From: Paramecium tetraurelia
Lineage: Eukaryota
NCBI GenBank assembly: GCA_000165425.1
Contig: CT868661.1
Coordinates: forward strand, 221,131 to 285,130
Reading direction: 5' to 3'
DNA length: 64,000 nt
Part shown: positions 1 to 13,269 of the stretch, in pieces
How the letters are laid out: each line of letters opens with the position of its first letter
Position numbering within the stretch: position 1 is the stretch's first letter
Position numbers and translations under genes: made by a program
Notes under the pieces: generated by a model
What the model was told of the DNA's origin: nothing
Database searches by the model: none
What the model saw: the letters and a program-made list of their open reading frames with translations, nothing else

Positions 1-3000
1 TAATTGCCTTTTGTCTCTTCACTGAATTTAGAAAGAAGGAGGGAATAGAGGGCATTATAGATCATATCTTTAAACAAAATAAGAATTCCATATTCTCCCA
101 ATATATATTTGATGGCAACTTCCAATCGGTGTTGAGAGAGAAACTCCAAGACTTCTCAAATACAATCAGAAAAACTATGAGGATCTAGCCATTGAAGCTC
201 GAACGCTCGTCGAATGATAGATGGCGTCAATCTCCAAAACAAATAACAACAACACGATTATATCATATCTTGTGTGAGGTTGGCTTCAGAAATTTCTAAA
301 TCATCCCCAGCCTTGACTCTTAAGGAAATTAAAACCTTATTCCCCTTCTACACTGTAGCCTAAATAATCCAAGACAATAGCATTTCTTCATTAACAAAAT
401 CATACTTTTTAGAGTTGTTTCAAAATTCATATATGGCCAAACACTTAAAGCCTTTGCCAATGGCCCAATTCCCTTAATATTTGAAAATGGTTGTGAAATA
501 GAATAAAGGAAAAGGATTCCTGTCACTCTTTAGAAAAGAAGAGTATGAGATCATTCTCTATGCTTTTGCTCAGAAAAAGATTTCTGATGTCTACTAGAAG
601 GTAGCAAAGAAATACTTAGTCGAAAGTGATAAAACTGTAGATTTTTGGCTGTATTTATCTGACTTCATTTCAAATTTCTGGAAAACTAAATCAATTTATG
701 AAATTAAAGGAAATGATCATGTTTATATTAAATAACTCATTTTAACATTTACAGAATTTTTAAAGAAAGGATTATTTATTGAATATCTCAGCAATGCTCA
801 CAACTTCTATAATATGTACCATAAATTCATTGAATTCTTGAAGAACTCAGTAGTATCAGCTACTTTGGAAGAGAAGTACATCAAACATTAGTTGTAAGGC
901 AATAAAAAATCAAAAGAGCAGAAACCTTTAGAAGTGAAGGATTACTTGTTTGAAAGCACTGTAACACAAAGGAAAGTGTCTAGAACAACGACTTATGCAA
1001 AGAGCATGATTTGGCTTGATGAACTAATTGAGATTCTGATTCTGCTAGAATAGTTCTAATAATCAAGAATGGCTGATTAATTTATTATCACAGAAGACAA
1101 CTAAACCATATTTGATGATCTTCAATACTTACAGAAGTTCGCAAAGGACAAAAAGTATGCAGATGTAGTCTAAAGATTGAGATAAGCGAAGAGAGCTAGT
1201 TATCACACAAGAGGGTAACCTTCTTAAAGTTAGCTTGGCCAGAAGGATATATTTACAACACAAGAGTTGGCAACGATGTTGAGAGAGTGTTCTTATGCTC
1301 GTAAGACTGTAATCTTAGAATATATGGGGGGTATAAAATAAACGGATATTTCATTGGTTTACTTTTTGATTGAATTGCTGACATTAAATCAAATTAGATT
1401 ATCAGCAAAAGTCACTGAGTTATTATGGCTGATCTATTCATCAAGAAGTAACTTTCTATAAACATTGAACTAAACCATTTTGATTGAGGCCTTTGATTAA
1501 GGAGAATTGTAATTATTAGTAAATTAAAATATATTTACAGACTTCTCCAACATTTATTGGAAATTACATTTTGCAATAATAGATTTAAAGTCATCTCTGG
1601 AAAAAGATTCAAGTAAACACTACGAAACTATTAATGATGCTTTATCAGATATGTTGGTAATCTTCTTTCCTGATTATGCAGCAAAATCGGACATGCAAAT
1701 GTTTATGGAAATTAATTAATTGGAAAATGAAGAGAAACATTACTAGGCACAAGAAGAGAAGATGGTTAAGAGCAAAGTAAAATAGGAGGTGGCTATCATT
1801 GAGTAATTTGTATCAAAAGCAGAACTTGATTTAATTGATGTTTCAGCATAGAGTCCTATGAGGGATAAGCAAGAAGAGTAATTATAATCTTTGAAGTCTG
1901 CCACTATGGATTAGTAATAGAAGTATGTTTGGAAAATCAATAATTCATTATCAATTGATGTCTTGACCATATTTTATAGATAAAAGCTATTGAGATACTT
2001 GGGATTTCATGATTTGATGTAAAAATTGGTTGAAAACTTAATATAAGAAACAAGCACTCTGTTTAGAGAGAAGGATGTACTTGTGAGTAATGCAAATAAG
2101 AAGGGATGGGAAATCAAAAGTGACATCTTAGAAAAGAGCATTCTATTTTTGATTTATTTTGTAATACGAAATGAAGAAAACCAAGAAATGATATTGAATT
2201 TAAGCAAGCGTAAAGATTCATTCCTTCATGAAATGTCTAATGTAAAGAGAAAGTAAATGCAAACTTTAATATATATATTGTTTGCTGAACTGTTTCGAGA
2301 CAATTATAATATCTTATTCTCACTAGATAAGTACAATGATGAAAATTCAATTTTGGCCAAATTATTCTCTATTTTTGGTAACAATTTTGCAAATAAAAAC
2401 TATGAAGCAGCCATCTATTTCCTTCAATTCTTACAAATCCTTTTGAAAGTTAAAGAAAGTGATGTTGTGTAAAATAACTATGTTATTGTCCATCTGTTTT
2501 AATCTACCAAATAATTAACCACATTCCCTAAAGACATTGGAAGTCTCATTCAAACTATATATCTCTTTAGATTGGAATAATTCTTTACAGGTAATCATGC
2601 ACCTGCACCTCAAGCACAGCACAATTAACAAAAGCATCCACAATTCAATGGATTCATTGAAATGCCAATAGAAATTTTGTTTATGACTGAACTCCTAAGG
2701 TTGATGAGGTTTATCTGCTCCAAAAGATCGGTTCTAATCAATGAATTCGTTAAAAAGCTCTTTCCAGTGAATAGAGTGGCTGAAATGTTGAAACAATTGG
2801 ATGAGTGGTACCCCTTGAAATCTGAGCTTATACTCTATTTTCAAAGTGTATTTTTAGAGAATCTACAATTCATTACTTTCGAAGAAAAACAAGAAGTCGT
2901 TAAAACTATTACTGAAGTAATTTTTAAGTAGATGACTGTAAGTTTTGTGGAGAATTAAAATCTTAAGAAAATGGCAAATGCAAAATTAGTAAATAGTGTT

Positions 3001-6000
3001 GTGTTCAATATTTTTGGCATAAGAAATCAGTATACAAATTAAGAGTTCATTATGTCAATACTCCACGAGAAAGCAAGTTTCATCTATGTGATTTACGGAG
3101 TGTTGGAAGTTACTAAGAACTTTGTAAAGAAGGTGTGTCCAAAATATTTCTTTAAAGATGAATAAGAGTACTTCGAGGAGTTTGTTCAGAATGAACTCCT
3201 CTTTATGGCATAAACTATTAGCGAAACCATTCAAAGAGTTTATGAGTTCGCTTCTGATATGCACAATGGAGGTTCTGGAGGTAGAATGAAGAATTCCAAT
3301 ATTAAAAGGAAAAGTGGGTAAAAAACAACCAAACTATATAATTTAACACATAAACTATTGTCTTGTAATTAAGAAGAGTAGAATCAAGAATTGAGTATTT
3401 TGGCTAAAGAGGATAATGAAGTCGATAAGGACAATATTATTAGAATAATCGATACGATATAGTCGGTTTAGACTTTAGACATAGCCTTTTAGTTGTAAAG
3501 GAATGATTTGCAATAAGGAGAATAAGGGATTTTAGATAAATGGACTAATTCAATTAAATCCTAGAGGACAAAACTAATTGATGAACACCTTGTAGCTTCG
3601 GAGAGAGAGAATGAAATTCAATAATTAGTAAATCTAATTGTTACGTTAAAGAGGGATGACACCACAAAGTTTAAGAGAATGGTAACTGCCCTTATTTAAA
3701 TGTTATCTGAAACATCAGTATCTCCATCAATCAAATTGAAATCTATCAATATTGTAAGAAAACTGTCAAATTACAAAGAAGATCTTCACATAACTAAGTC
3801 GATTCTTAAAGATTTGGGAGAATTGGGATTCACTGATTTTCTTTGCGATTTAATCAAACTAGAGGGGGATTCCGAATAAAAGCTGGAATACATTAAAGCT
3901 TTTGTAGATTATATAGACGATTCATCAAGGGAAATTTAGAACTCCTTTTTATTGTATTTGTAGAGAGATCCTTAGAATATGTTTATCAATAATATGTAGA
4001 ATTTCATTACTGATATGTTCTAAGATGTCAGAATGGCTGAGATATCAAAAATAGAAAGGAAGAATAGAAATATCAATAGAATATTAAACAATAAGATAAA
4101 TGGATGCATTTTGATATTTGAGATGTTTCGTTTAGGTTGTGAAGATCATTTTAGTGATATGTAAAACTTTTTGAGGATTTAACCAAATAGTAAATAGCCC
4201 ATTAATTTTATCATGTTTACAGCTGATCTATTTGAGAAATATGTTGAAATAATGAATGAACATAATGCGGCTTTAGGTTAAAAGATTCTCGATTTTTTAA
4301 TTGAATGTGTTTAGGGTCCTTGTCTAGAGAACTAAACTGAACTATGTTAATCTACTAAAATATTGGAGGCATTAGAATAAATTATAGTTTAATAAAGAGT
4401 CGAAAAAGAGATGTTTCAAAGAAGAGACATAGTATTCTCCTCTTTAAGAAGTAAAGTATTTTTACTTCAATTATCTCTAATGGAAGGTAATAGTGATTAA
4501 GAGATTGCAAGAAAGATATCTCATTATTTCAATCCTGAGATTTTCTTTGAGAGAGTCTACTTGGTCTACTGGAAAATCATTAAAAAGATAAGAAATACTT
4601 AGATGCAAATAAATTTAGAAGTGAAAGTATTGGATAGAGTGAAGTCAGAAGCAGAAGAAGCCATAAATCATCATGGAGTTATTTAAACAAAGGACACAAA
4701 AGAGACTTTGCCTAATTAAAATTTATTCATGGAATTCTTCTCTGAGAATTTTCATAGTGCTCGTTCACATTAACACTTGAAAGTCTCATCATAAACTTTT
4801 GTGAATGCAATTTAAGAGGAAGATATGGAAGAAATGGTTGGTGAGACTTTTATGATGTATCTATTACTCAAGAAACTCACCAGATATATTCCTAGGATAA
4901 AAGATATTGAAAGTAATCCGAAATTGAGAAGAGCTCTTAATTACTACAAAAATGAGACTGCTTCAATCGAAATTGTGAATATGAATGGCAAATTGGAGAA
5001 AATCTATTTTTAAGTTCCAACTCTAATGAAATATTTAACAGAGGAAACCAAACTGTAATTTATGGAAGAAGTAGAGAGAGATTCTATTAATGATAAGATC
5101 AACGGATTACTAGATAATATGGATTATTTCTATATGGAAATGGTGCATTTTATGAAGTTAAGAAAGATTGGCATTAGATTTAACAACAATTTCATCGTTT
5201 ATCTCAGAAATGTGTGTATTATTTTGGCTCTCCTTTTGAACATCTTAATTACAATAAACGACACTGAAGAAAAACTGGCGAACTTAGCCAAAGCCATAGC
5301 TATATTGGATTGTATTTTGTATGGATTGATCATGCTCATTTGGATATTTATTAGAATGTAATTAGAGTATGACCGAATCTATAAATAGGTGTCTGATTTG
5401 ATCTAATTGAATTACAACAAGAAATCGAATCAAGGTTAGTCTTAATAAGTCAATCCAAAAACAGTCATATATCCATTCTAAATTACACTGTTGCAAACAT
5501 TTCATATCATCAAAAGAATGTTATTCAGTAGTTATACTTTTTATTGGTTTTTATTGCTTGTAGTAAATTTGCTGGGTCTCCTGTATAATAAACTATTCTA
5601 TGGTTTTCTATTGTTGGATATTATAGATCATTCTTAAGTGTTACGAAATGTTATCAAAAGTATCTCACTCAATTATAAGCAACTGTTGATGACTGCCTTG
5701 TTGGGAGTGTTAATAATGTATTTATATGATGTATGTAATTTAGGTACTTGTATTCATTGGTAGCATATCAAAGTGACGACTTTAAATAATAACTAAAAGA
5801 GAATAATAATAATGGAGGAGATGAGGCTTCTGATCATTTCGATTCAACAGTTTGTTATTCTGCCTTTTAATGTCTAGTTTTCGTAATTCATCAAGGTTTG
5901 AGAGCAGGAGGTGGCATAGGAGATGTTCTTGAAGCACCTCCAACCCATTCAAATTAAGATTACTATTCACAGCGAGTTCTCTATGATGTAAGCTTTTTTA

Positions 6001-6427
6001 TTCTCATTAATATTATTTGGCTGAACATTATCTTTGGTATCATTATTGACACCTTTGCTGAGTTGAGAGATTAGAAGAATCAAAAAGGTAATCATCATGT
6101 ATTATGTAAGATTTTGATTCTCAGAACAGATGTTATATATGCGACTTAACAAGAACAGTATTTGAAAAGGAAGGTATATCCTTCGATAATCATGTTAACA
6201 AGTATCACAACCCTTGGAATTACTTGGCCTATTTGATATATTTAAAAGTGAAGCAGAAAACTGAGCATACAGGCACTGAATCATATGTCTATAGCAAATT
6301 CTTGTAGAACGATATTAGTTGGCTACCCATCTAAAAAGCTATAGATTTGGAGTTGATAGTAGAACAATAACCTAAGTAGACAGTTGATTTCAATGTTGAA
6401 GAGCATAATTAAAAGTCGCTTCATTGA
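1..6427 (+). CDS. IP3 receptor/ryanodine receptor-like Ca2+-release channel (5' part outside window)
   Basis: Ciliate-code frame open from ~196 to 5717. RIH-associated segment [19 protein letters not shown]...LIECVQGPCLENQ, TM region, pore [12 protein letters not shown] (~5895-5930), S6 [19 protein letters not shown]-terminal CYICD...[11 protein letters not shown]. Small introns at ~5718-5743 and ~6088-6110. TGA at 6425-6427. Confidence 0.93.
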
Positions 6428-6466
6428 ATTAAACCTTAAATTAGTTAAAAATATTCATTTAAATTT

Positions 6467-7674
6467 TCATTAGACTGGACATTGTTGAACTCTTGATTTA
6501 TATCTTTCATTTTCTAGACATTCAAAGCAAATAGCGAAATCACATTCTGTACAATCAGCACCTCCTGGTTATTTCATTTATACCGAAGTCTTATCACAAA
6601 CAGTGCATTTCAAACCCATAATCTTTTTCGTTACCTTGTGTCTTGCAGGACAGAGTACAGAATTTTCATGAGGATTCTTTGTTAACTCAGGTTCTTAACA
6701 CTTTAAGCAAACAAAAAAGCAACATAAAGGACAACAATATCTACAATTTACTTATGTTTTCTGACATCTAAAACACTTCTTGGTCTTTTCTTCTCCGTTG
6801 GGATTCATCCAATATTACAACCAGTGACTTTTAGCACATTGAAATTGTCGTGATTCTACCAGTTTCCCTTGTGTTAAGAATGGTCCTTGTTATTATTGTT
6901 ATTATTGTTATTATTGTGATTCTATTACTTGTTTAAATTATTATTCTTAGTTTTTTAATACCTATGTCAAATCTGTCATCTATTTTCTTAGTTCATTGTT
7001 CTCTTGAACAATTCCTTTGATTTACTGTTTTACACTCTGCAATTCATTGGATTCCTTGCTTGCATGATTTTTTAATTCCTTAATTGAATATTCCGAAGTT
7101 TCTTTATATTCATAGAATTTTTCTGTAATCTTTTCGAATTGCTATTTGAGTTCCAAAAAACAATTGTGAGTTTGATATTTAACCAACTTGATATCTTCCT
7201 TACAAATATTACATTGTTTTGTTGCAAACTATTAACAAGTTTGTTCCTTAAAAATAGATATCACATTTACATGTTATTTTTATTTCAATTAAGGTCCACT
7301 CCATCCACAAGGACATTTAACATTCTTAAATTAACATTCCTCAGCATGTCGAAGCACATCATTCATTAAAATCGGAGCCTTACAACCCTGAGCATCATTC
7401 TTGCAAGAAAATGCCAATTTTGAGAGTTCTTCTCTAATCAATCTATGAGGCTGCTTTACCTTAAACTCCCCTTTACAATCAGGACACCTAACCATATTGA
7501 TACATATTTTTACTAATCTTTTTTACGCTACCAAAGTTTTGCACAATCTTCACAATAGAGTTACTCGCATGTTTAACATTCAACCGCACTTATGGCAACA
7601 TATGTACAAATTTTACAACATAAATTTTGGCTTATTTCCTTGATGGGAATAAAATACTCTCTTATTTATTCCAT
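6467..7674 (-). CDS. RING/TRAF-type zinc-finger protein with coiled coil and Cys-rich C-terminus ending CPVQ
   Basis: MEQIREYF...CCKICTYVAISAVECQTCEQLYCEDC (RING), then FSCKNDAQGCKAPILMNDVLRHAEEC (TRAF-type finger), a Gln-rich linker and CxxC repeats. Ends QQCPVQ-TGA. Confidence 0.82.
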
Positions 7675-7900
7675 CAATAATATATTTATTATTTAATAGA
7701 AACATGCAATTAAAGCTACTCAATAAATATCCTATAAATCTATTAATTTGAGTTTACTTTTATTTTCGTACATATTCTAACTAAAGAATCTCCCTCTTAA
7801 GAATAATATTTAAACATATAAACACGATTATTAATTATAACACAAACATATCAATCATTAACTACGAATTATAGAATAATTTTATTAAAATAAAAGTTTG

Positions 7901-8194
7901 ATGAGTTTATCTGAAGAAGATTCTTTCAAAGATTTGCTCCTAAAATAATAAGAAATAATTGATTAGTAAGACCTGTAGATTCGTTTAAAAAACTAAGAAA
8001 TATTCACTCTTTATTAATAGATATAGGATTGCCAGAACAGATTAGTTGATACTTAAGAGATGGTCTTGTAAATAGCTACTCAGGTGGATGACATCAAAGA
8101 ATCAAGCATAGAAAAGTAGGAAAAGTATAGAAAGGAATTTCTATCATTTCCGAAAAGACAAAAAGGAAATAAAAAGTTCTTTAGCATTATTTGA
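7901..8194 (+). CDS. small coiled-coil hypothetical protein (97 aa)
   Basis: Intronless ciliate-code ORF MSLSEEDSFKDLLLKQQEII...KKFFSII-TGA. Confidence 0.65.
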
Positions 8195-8269
8195 ATGTTT
8201 TTGTTCATTCTTAATTCTAGCTTTAAACTATATATATATAAAATAGCATCAATTATTAATTACATATCA

Positions 8270-8900
8270 AAATTGGATGATTTCTGATTGAGGTATAGAA
8301 TATACGGTTTGTTGGTTCTCTATGATAATATCACTAATGATTTTATTAAAGAATGTACAAGAACAAGTGCATCACTATTTCTGCCATGCTTTCTGTTGGA
8401 AATACTATCTTTTATCGATCAAAAAAAAAGTAAGCATATGCTGATACAAAAAAAAGAACTTTATTGACCAAGAGGAGAACATATGACCTTATTGAATATC
8501 TAAAATTAATGGAAGGATTTTAATTATACTAAAGAATTCTCTTATGAGGTCTTCATCCAATTTAAAGCGATGAAAATAGCATAACATATATAAGAATAAT
8601 GAGCTTCGTTATGTGAGAAAGTGGTGATTGATATTAAAAAATGAATCTCTTTTGTTTATGAAGTTGGTAGTATCAATCTGGGTTCTTTTATAATTCTGCA
8701 AAAAAACAAGAGAGAGGCACCTAAAGAACTCTTAAGAATAGTCATGAAATATAGATTAATCCTTCTTCTATTCTATTCCAAGAAAAACCAGAATGGGTTA
8801 TATATTATAAATTAGTGTTAGCTACAAAAGAATATATGAGAAATGCACTTGAATGAAACCACAATGTCTCTATGAAATAACACATAATTATTTTTCTGAA
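8270..8900 (+). pseudogene. decayed C-terminal fragment of a DEAH-box splicing helicase (DHX16/Prp2-like HA2 + OB-fold region)
   Basis: Recognisable blocks ITISAMLSVGNTIFYR, GEHMTLLNI, GFFYNSAK and [28 protein letters not shown] lie in shifting frames with in-frame TGA. No helicase core upstream. Confidence 0.8.
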
Positions 8901-8974
8901 GTTTCTATTAAAAAAAATCAAAAAACCTTGCCTAAACAAAAATTGATTCTAATAATATTGATAATATATTATCC

Positions 8975-9769
8975 TCATTTTTATTTTACTTTTTTATCTT
9001 TCTTTGCTCTCTTCACTGGGCCTTAGGTATTTTGTTACACAAATCTCAAGCCTATTAAATAGATAATGAGATAGACCTAAAAATAATATGACGCTGAATA
9101 AGGAAATTAAACCAACAAAGATAATAGCCTGAGTGGTACTTGATAACTTAGCCAAATCAACTCCAAATAGTTTATAGCCTTAAGGTTATTGTCTTCTTCT
9201 TGGATCCACTTCCTCATCATCATCATCGTCATAGCCTTATTCTTACTTATATTTTTTTTATTATTCTTGCATGTTTTTATCGAATTTCTAGGGTAATTAA
9301 AAAGAATACCTCTATCTCTTATGATAATATCTTTTCTTAATCTGTTAAAGTGAAATCATCTTCCAAACTCAGATCAGTCATCATGAAAACATCCTAGAAA
9401 TCCTAATACTTAAATGTTTATTGTCTCAATTAATTAAAAAGATCAGCCAATTGTTAGTATTAGATTTTTTGGATGCACTACATCACTAATTAAGCTTATA
9501 ATTTTTCATATGCATTTCTTTTGTCTTATTCATTAGCAATCGATTTGAACAACGACATCAATTCTTGACTTCTTTCCTAAAGGTGGTACTTTGTCAAAAT
9601 AATGCACCCGTATTGTTATTGCTAATAATAATTTTGTTATTCTATCAATTAATGATTTATTCATACAATCCTATTATTAGAATTAAGCTTCTGACTCTTC
9701 TTCACTCAATTCATCTTCTTGGGCTCTGAATTATGCAATACTTAAGGCGACCAACAGTAATTTCCACAT
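8975..9769 (-). CDS. type I membrane protein (signal peptide, one C-terminal TM, basic tail)
   Basis: MWKLLLVALSIA signal peptide, acidic DDDDDEE stretch, TM AIIFVGLISLFSVILFLGL, tail KRAKKDKKVKQK-TGA. Three ~22-25 nt introns. Confidence 0.75.
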
Positions 9770-9837
9770 TAAAAATTAATATGTGATATTAAATTTTATA
9801 CAGAATTCTCAAAAATAAGTTAATTATATTAAAGTCA

Positions 9838-10498
9838 TCATAATAATTACTGCAATAATTCTTTGATATCTTCCTTGACTCTTTTACCAAATTAGGGACA
9901 CTCCTCAATGTGTTTTTGAATCATGGAAAATAAGAATTTGCTATCTATTTTTTTCTTTTTTATTAATGTTTCAAGCTGTTACAGTAGTTTTCTAAGTGTT
10001 TATTAGTTATTAATACTCATTAAATTATCTTTAAATATCAAATGTTGATTGCCTACACTTCAATTTCTCTTAGATATTTTTTTATTCGAGATTATCTTAT
10101 GATATAGATGAAATCTATCTTACTTGCTTCTCAGGCTTATCCAAACATTCCCTTATTAAGAACATCTAACTCTAATCAAATTATTATTATTTCTATCTTG
10201 AATTTTCTTAAATTAACACACTACTTTAATTCTTATTCTCATTTTCTCTCTTTAAAACCTAAGCACTTCTCAACTCTGACATAATATTTTTGAATTCATT
10301 TCTTTTAGTGGCTGATGAAGATTTGACACCCATTTTTGTATTTTGAAATTTGATCTCATCTCTTAGTTATCCACTATCTATTTCATGTTTTCCAATAAAT
10401 ATATCAGAATATTTAGTCGGTTCTAATGTCTTGCTATTTGAAAGGTATTTGTTATATTTGCTTAGTAATTCCTTCTCCTAATGGTTTAATAATTCCAT
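9838..10498 (-). CDS. coiled-coil hypothetical protein
   Basis: MELLNHQEKELLSKYNKY...EDIKELLQQLL-TGA in the ciliate code. Confidence 0.6.
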
Positions 10499-10580
10499 TT
10501 TTGATTGTTATTTTTATTAAAAATTAATATATATTTTATCATTATAAAATAATCGAATTATCTACATATAATGAAAATGT

Positions 10581-11930
10581 TCATACGAGTGATCTATTGA
10601 AAGTTGTTAGTTTCTCTACCCCTTTGATTAATTCAACTTGTTGAATGGGTGTTAATTATTGAGTAAATTGATTGACATTCTCTTCCACCTCTTATTGCAC
10701 CGATTTCAATTTTTTCATTTCTGTATTAAACTTTAATAATAATCTATGTATAATCGATGTGAATACTATTATGATGTCTTTCTATGATTTAATAGTTTGT
10801 CAATAATAGGGAGTACTTTATAAATTAAATTCTCATCGTCTAATTTAGTTTGTTTTTTGATGATTTCAACATAGTTGTTGAATTCATCATCATCTAAATG
10901 ATATAAGAAACAATATTACAGTTTTTATGATCAGTATTGAAACTAATCAATTGCAACCCGTAGTTTCCTTTTAAGAAATTTCTTTGAATATTTTTAACTG
11001 CATATTTTAAATAGTCTCTCCTTTTGATTCCACATGTCCCATATCTCATCTATATTGTTAATAGTGACTAATACCAAATACGAATCTAAAATAAGCTAGG
11101 CTTAATCGGGTTGTTTGCATTGTATAATTTGATCGATAGCATTTGAATTAGCAATGATCATGCTATTTAGAATGGGATGGGATGAAAGTAATTAAGTCAA
11201 ATACTCAAAGGATTATCTTGTTGTTTTTTTATATTCCTATATTTTTTAATCTAGATCGGAGACCTAATTGATAAGGGGGAAAGTGTTACTTTTTTCTCCA
11301 ATAACTTCAAATACACCTTCTTTCTTAGACGGGAATTCTTGGCACTCTATCTTAAGCGCTTGTTCTTTGACTCAGCACTCAATAAATCATTTGCAGATCC
11401 TAAAAGTCCAGCCAAACCAAACTTCTGTTCTTTTGATACTTCTTCTGATGAACTCTCTCCTTGTAGATCTTCCTGCAATTCTTCATCCAAGAGTTTTTCA
11501 CCTTCTACGCTGAGCAAAGAGGTAATCTTCTTAATGTATGCGTTCTTGACATTACCTTTAATTTCCTGTAATTGAGGGGCTTGTTCTTTTAGACTAGCAT
11601 TAGATTGAATTCTCTGAAGTGTTGACTTTGTTTTCTTGATCTTCTTGCTCTCCTGAGTGATTTATTAATTCATAAAGGGATTCTGGAGAACACTCTAAGT
11701 GAACAGACTTTGCAAATTCAACATCCTCTGCTATTCATGCAATTGTTAGAGCAGACGAGCATTTTGAGCCAGCAATTAATCCTAAGTGAGAGCTTGCTGA
11801 AGGAAGGGAATGGTTGATTAATTATTTAAGGTTTGTATTAATTAATCTAATTCTTCGGCTGGTTATTACATATATATATATTTATTATTTATCATAGACA
11901 GCCTCATTATATTCTTTGATTCTCTGTCAT
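10581..11930 (-). CDS. hypothetical protein (Gln-rich N-terminus, charged middle)
   Basis: Long minus-strand ciliate-code frame starting MTENQRI and ending VEKLTTFNRSLV-TGA. The plus-strand ORFs at 11268 and 11339 are its antisense shadows. Confidence 0.65.
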
Positions 11931-12197
11931 TATTAATAAATAATATTGCATTTAATAGCAAAATAGTATGAACTATTAATTTTGTAGCTTTTCTATTGTG
12001 ATTTTGCATCAATTATACAGAGTTTGAGAATTAATTTAAATTAGAAATGAGTTATGAGTTTGAGATGACTGGTAAATCTCCAGCGTGCATGGCAGATGAG
12101 TGTTAAATAGTAAATATTGTAAATAAAATTGGAATAATAGAATGAAATGAGTTATGATTCACTTGAAACAAAAGCAGAAACTAAACACAATAAAAGA

Positions 12198-12798
12198 TCA
12201 AAGTTTTTTGTAGCGAGTGTATGTAAGGATAGAGTACAAAAGGGAGATGACAAGCACTACAACTATGATTATCAAGTAAGACGTGGGTACAAAGTCGAAC
12301 TGTGCCATCAATCTAACTGCTGCCTCATTAAAAAATTAGATTACTAAAACTGTAGTTTGTATTACTAGTCAAGTTGTATTGAGTATTGATATACAAACGC
12401 TCATAAATTGTGAACTCTTCGATCTGCTTTCCATCTAAATACAGTTACACATCAAGCAGCAGTATATCAGACTTCGAAAACATTTGTATACTTATTGGGG
12501 GATTCCAGGTTTACTCCATCTTAATTATTCCTCCTCTATCAGAGACGTCTATTTCGATAAAATCTGCCTATAATATAATGGATGGAATCATTAGGGCCAA
12601 AAAGAAGAATGCTATGAGCTATTATGCTATCAATATACACAGTAATATATGCAATATTATTCGTCTCCGAAATATGTAGAAGTACTCCTATAAACTCTCT
12701 ACAAATGGATCTTTTCTCATTTGCTCCTTCTCATGTAGGAAGTACTTTTATTTAATTGGTTGAAATTCACCTCCTATTTACCCTTGGTGTTCTTTCAT
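12198..12798 (-). CDS. membrane protein with N- and C-terminal TM segments around a short lumenal domain
   Basis: MKEHQGQIGGEFQP...IILHILLCILIAQQLIAFFFLALMIPSII...YLIIVVVLVISLLYSILTY-TRYKKL-TGA. One 23-nt intron. Confidence 0.65.
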
Positions 12799-13269
12799 TA
12801 ATTATTATAATTTAATTATATAAATGTGTCCAACCACTGAATAACAATTGGTTATAACTCTCAAAGGCAATTTAAGTTCCATCCATCCTCCGAAGAACCA
12901 TCAATAATATTGATCTATTTTCAAGCATCATTAATGATTCAATAATTTGGAATAAAAAAACAACTAGAGGACAAATGATTAAAATTAAACGTACATATTT
13001 CATGAATTGAATAAAAAATAAACCAAATGGATTCAAATTAAATGATGAAGAAATATAGAGTGTCAACACTCTTGGATGCTTAGACCAAAAAACTGCAACC
13101 CTATAAAAATATAATAATCCAAAAGATGATAGCAGAGTTCAAAAGTAAAGACTTTGATGTTAAAGCAATACCAATTTAAAGGGAGTATTTAATAATAATT
13201 TTAGAATACATATGTGTTTTATATTTGCACAGTGAAAACTTTTCAATTTCAATGATAAAATTGAAAATG

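Noticed and set aside
6885..6950. (TTATTG/TTA)n simple repeats
   Set aside because: These are poly-Gln codons (CAA/TAA) on the coding minus strand, not a repeat element or CRISPR array.
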